From contig NW_025765336.1 in NCBI RefSeq assembly GCF_003918875.1, positions 2,604,001-2,668,000 on the forward strand: a stretch of DNA of 64,000 nucleotides, given 5' to 3'. Positions 61,826 through 64,000 of this stretch are shown piece after piece. Position numbers and translations under genes: made by a program. This stretch comes from Haliotis rubra. Taxonomy: Eukaryota. The notes beneath the pieces are model-generated. The model made no database searches and had not been told where the DNA came from. It was given only the letters and a program-made list of their open reading frames with translations. Every line of letters starts with the position of its first letter. Within the stretch, counting starts at the first letter, position 1.

Positions 61826-63504
61826 TAGGTATTGTCATGCATCATGGTATCATCATCTTATTCACTGTCATCGTCGATAAGAAAAATATTTGTTTCGCTC
61901 GCAAATTAACTTCTCTGTGTAACACGTTTTCTTTAAAGACACCTCGCAGACAACAGACTCGGACGCTGGAATATAGGCAGAAATCACAAGAAATGAATGC
62001 AAAAGTTGAAACATAAATATGGCGACTGGTAATGGGAAATAATGCAGCAGACAGCAGTGATAAAATGAAATGCAAATTCTAGTTGATTCAAATGAAGCGT
62101 TTCTTTTAAAACTGCTCTATATTTCAAAAGCGCTGTTGGCTGTCAGCGTTATCAATGTATATATTCGACTTGACTAATGTAGCAAAATGCAGTAACCACA
62201 TACTGAAAAATGAGATGAGCTGATGAATATTTCAAACATATTGTTCAAGAAATATAATTTGACTTCATCAGCCTGTCTTCGAGAGTCTCAGATCGATAAT
62301 CTATCTGCCTTACGTAAACAGGACCTTAACCAGTATGTTAAAAGTTCATGCACACTAGTTTACCTTGCATTCATCAGAGTATGTAATAAGGGACCGTTCA
62401 TAATCATCACAAATCCCGAAGCCATAAATTATGCACGGTCCATAAACAATAAAACATCTCCCACGAAAAAAGGTGTTGACGCGGTGTTGCTGGGTTGCTG
62501 TACAGAAATAGATTTATTGGTGCTGTCTTTGTCAAGCTTATACGATCAAACTTTAGGTGTGAAATATGTGTGGAATATTTGTGTGTGAAATAAGTATGCG
62601 TCCACAGTGCGCCTTGGGAGGAATATCCCGTCACTAGCTGAATATGTATGAGACGTTCTGTAATAATTGAGAACATTTGTCTGTGCCGCATTCAGAAATA
62701 TTCCAGCGATATCACGACGACCTATAAAATACACCGGTAGACAGGCGAACCATTGTAACCTTGAACAGCGTCACGACTACGGTCACGACATCGCAGAGTC
62801 ACCCATATAGTCAGTTAAATCAGGGATACTCTACAACAGGCCCCTTATAGAGTCTCCCTGGTTAACTCGAAGCATCGGACAGAACATAGGGGCAAGGTGT
62901 GTTGCAGCCAATTAAAGGGAAGCAACTCTAACAAGACTGCGATCATGACTCAATGGTGACAAGATCCATTTATCAAGCAGATTAAAACATCACATCATAA
63001 AGTACAAACACGTGCATAGCATTTAAATAGATAGTTGTGCCCTGGCTAGCAGAAAATTCTTTACATTCAAATGGAATAAAGAAATCAATAAATGTGATCA
63101 TAATAAAAAGATTTTATTGCTTACAATATTGAGCATTTTCTATGAAACTGGCAGCCCTTATTGGAATGTATCCATTTCATATGGCAAAATAAATTTAATA
63201 CCCATTCATAATATGGGTTCACATGCTGAAAACAAACATGTTGGGGGTCATGAATATTTGAAGAATATACTTTTGTAGACTGAAGACATAACTTTATAAA
63301 AATATCCAAAAAATATTCATGATCCCTAACTCATTCTAATGTTTACATACTTGACAAATATATCATATTATTATGATACATGTCACGGAAATAAAGGTTT
63401 CACAATAAATCTTCAGTTACAAGTTGGGTATCAATCAATCAAGTGTCTAACTGTATATTTGAATGTTACAGCAAATATGAAACTGTAGCTTTGAATCAGA
63501 AAAA

Positions 63505-63880
63505 GGTATCAAACTGTTCATCTGAATCAGGTAGCAAGTATCAAACTGTTCATTTGAATCAGGAAGCAAGTATCAAACTGTTCATTTAAATCAGGTAGCA
63601 ACTGCAGGTATCAAACTGTTCATTTAAAACAGGTAGCAAGTATTAAACTGTTCATTTGAATCAGGTACCAAGTATTAAACTGCTCATTTGAATCAGGAAG
63701 CAAGTATCAAATTGTTCATTTGAATCAGGTAGCAACTGCAGGTATCAAACTGTTCATGTAAAACAGGTAGCAAGTATTAAACTGTTCATTTGAATCAGGT
63801 AGCAAGTATTAAACTGCTCATTTGAATCAGGAAGCAAGTATCAAATTGTTCATTTGAATCAGATAAGAAGTATCAATTTG
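63505..63880. repeat. Minisatellite, 30-bp unit GTATCAAACTGTTCATTTGAATCAGG(T/A)AGCAA
   Basis: About 12 units, with periodic CTGCAG-containing longer variants. Confidence 0.92.
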
Positions 63881-64000
63881 GAGCTTGAACCAGAATGTAA
63901 GCATCAAACTGCAGCTAGTACTTTTGTCAGCCAATCAATGAAAATAATAAATCTGATGTCTTATGCCATATTTCCTCTATCACACACCCGGGGGTCAAAT

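Overview
This is eukaryotic (animal) genomic DNA, AT-rich, with spliceosomal introns, many repeats and three N-gaps. The repeat landscape looks lophotrochozoan/molluscan (inference). Main content: (1) 1-11.4 kb holds the 3' part of a CABIN1 orthologue, with seven phase-compatible exons and a long, divergent terminal exon. (2) 35.2-42.5 kb holds a complete small gene assembled here from splice sites and not recoverable from the ORF track: signal peptide, EGF, calcium-binding EGF, an EGF exon triplicated with its ~2.03-kb unit, and a GPI-type hydrophobic tail. (3) The rest is mostly mobile DNA: three decayed Tc1 elements, a MULE relic, several MITEs with readable TIRs/TSDs, a Helentron-type HINE, a CR1/L2-group LINE with a 15-bp TSD, other LINE 3' ends, two SINE families sharing a LINE-derived tail, a Penelope-type inverted repeat carrying a minimal hammerhead ribozyme core, minisatellites (one with a CACGTG in nearly every unit) and a diverged ~2-kb local duplication. 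No prokaryotic systems or CRISPR arrays are present. The best leads are the EGF/GPI gene, the hammerhead insert and the structured non-tRNA SINE head.
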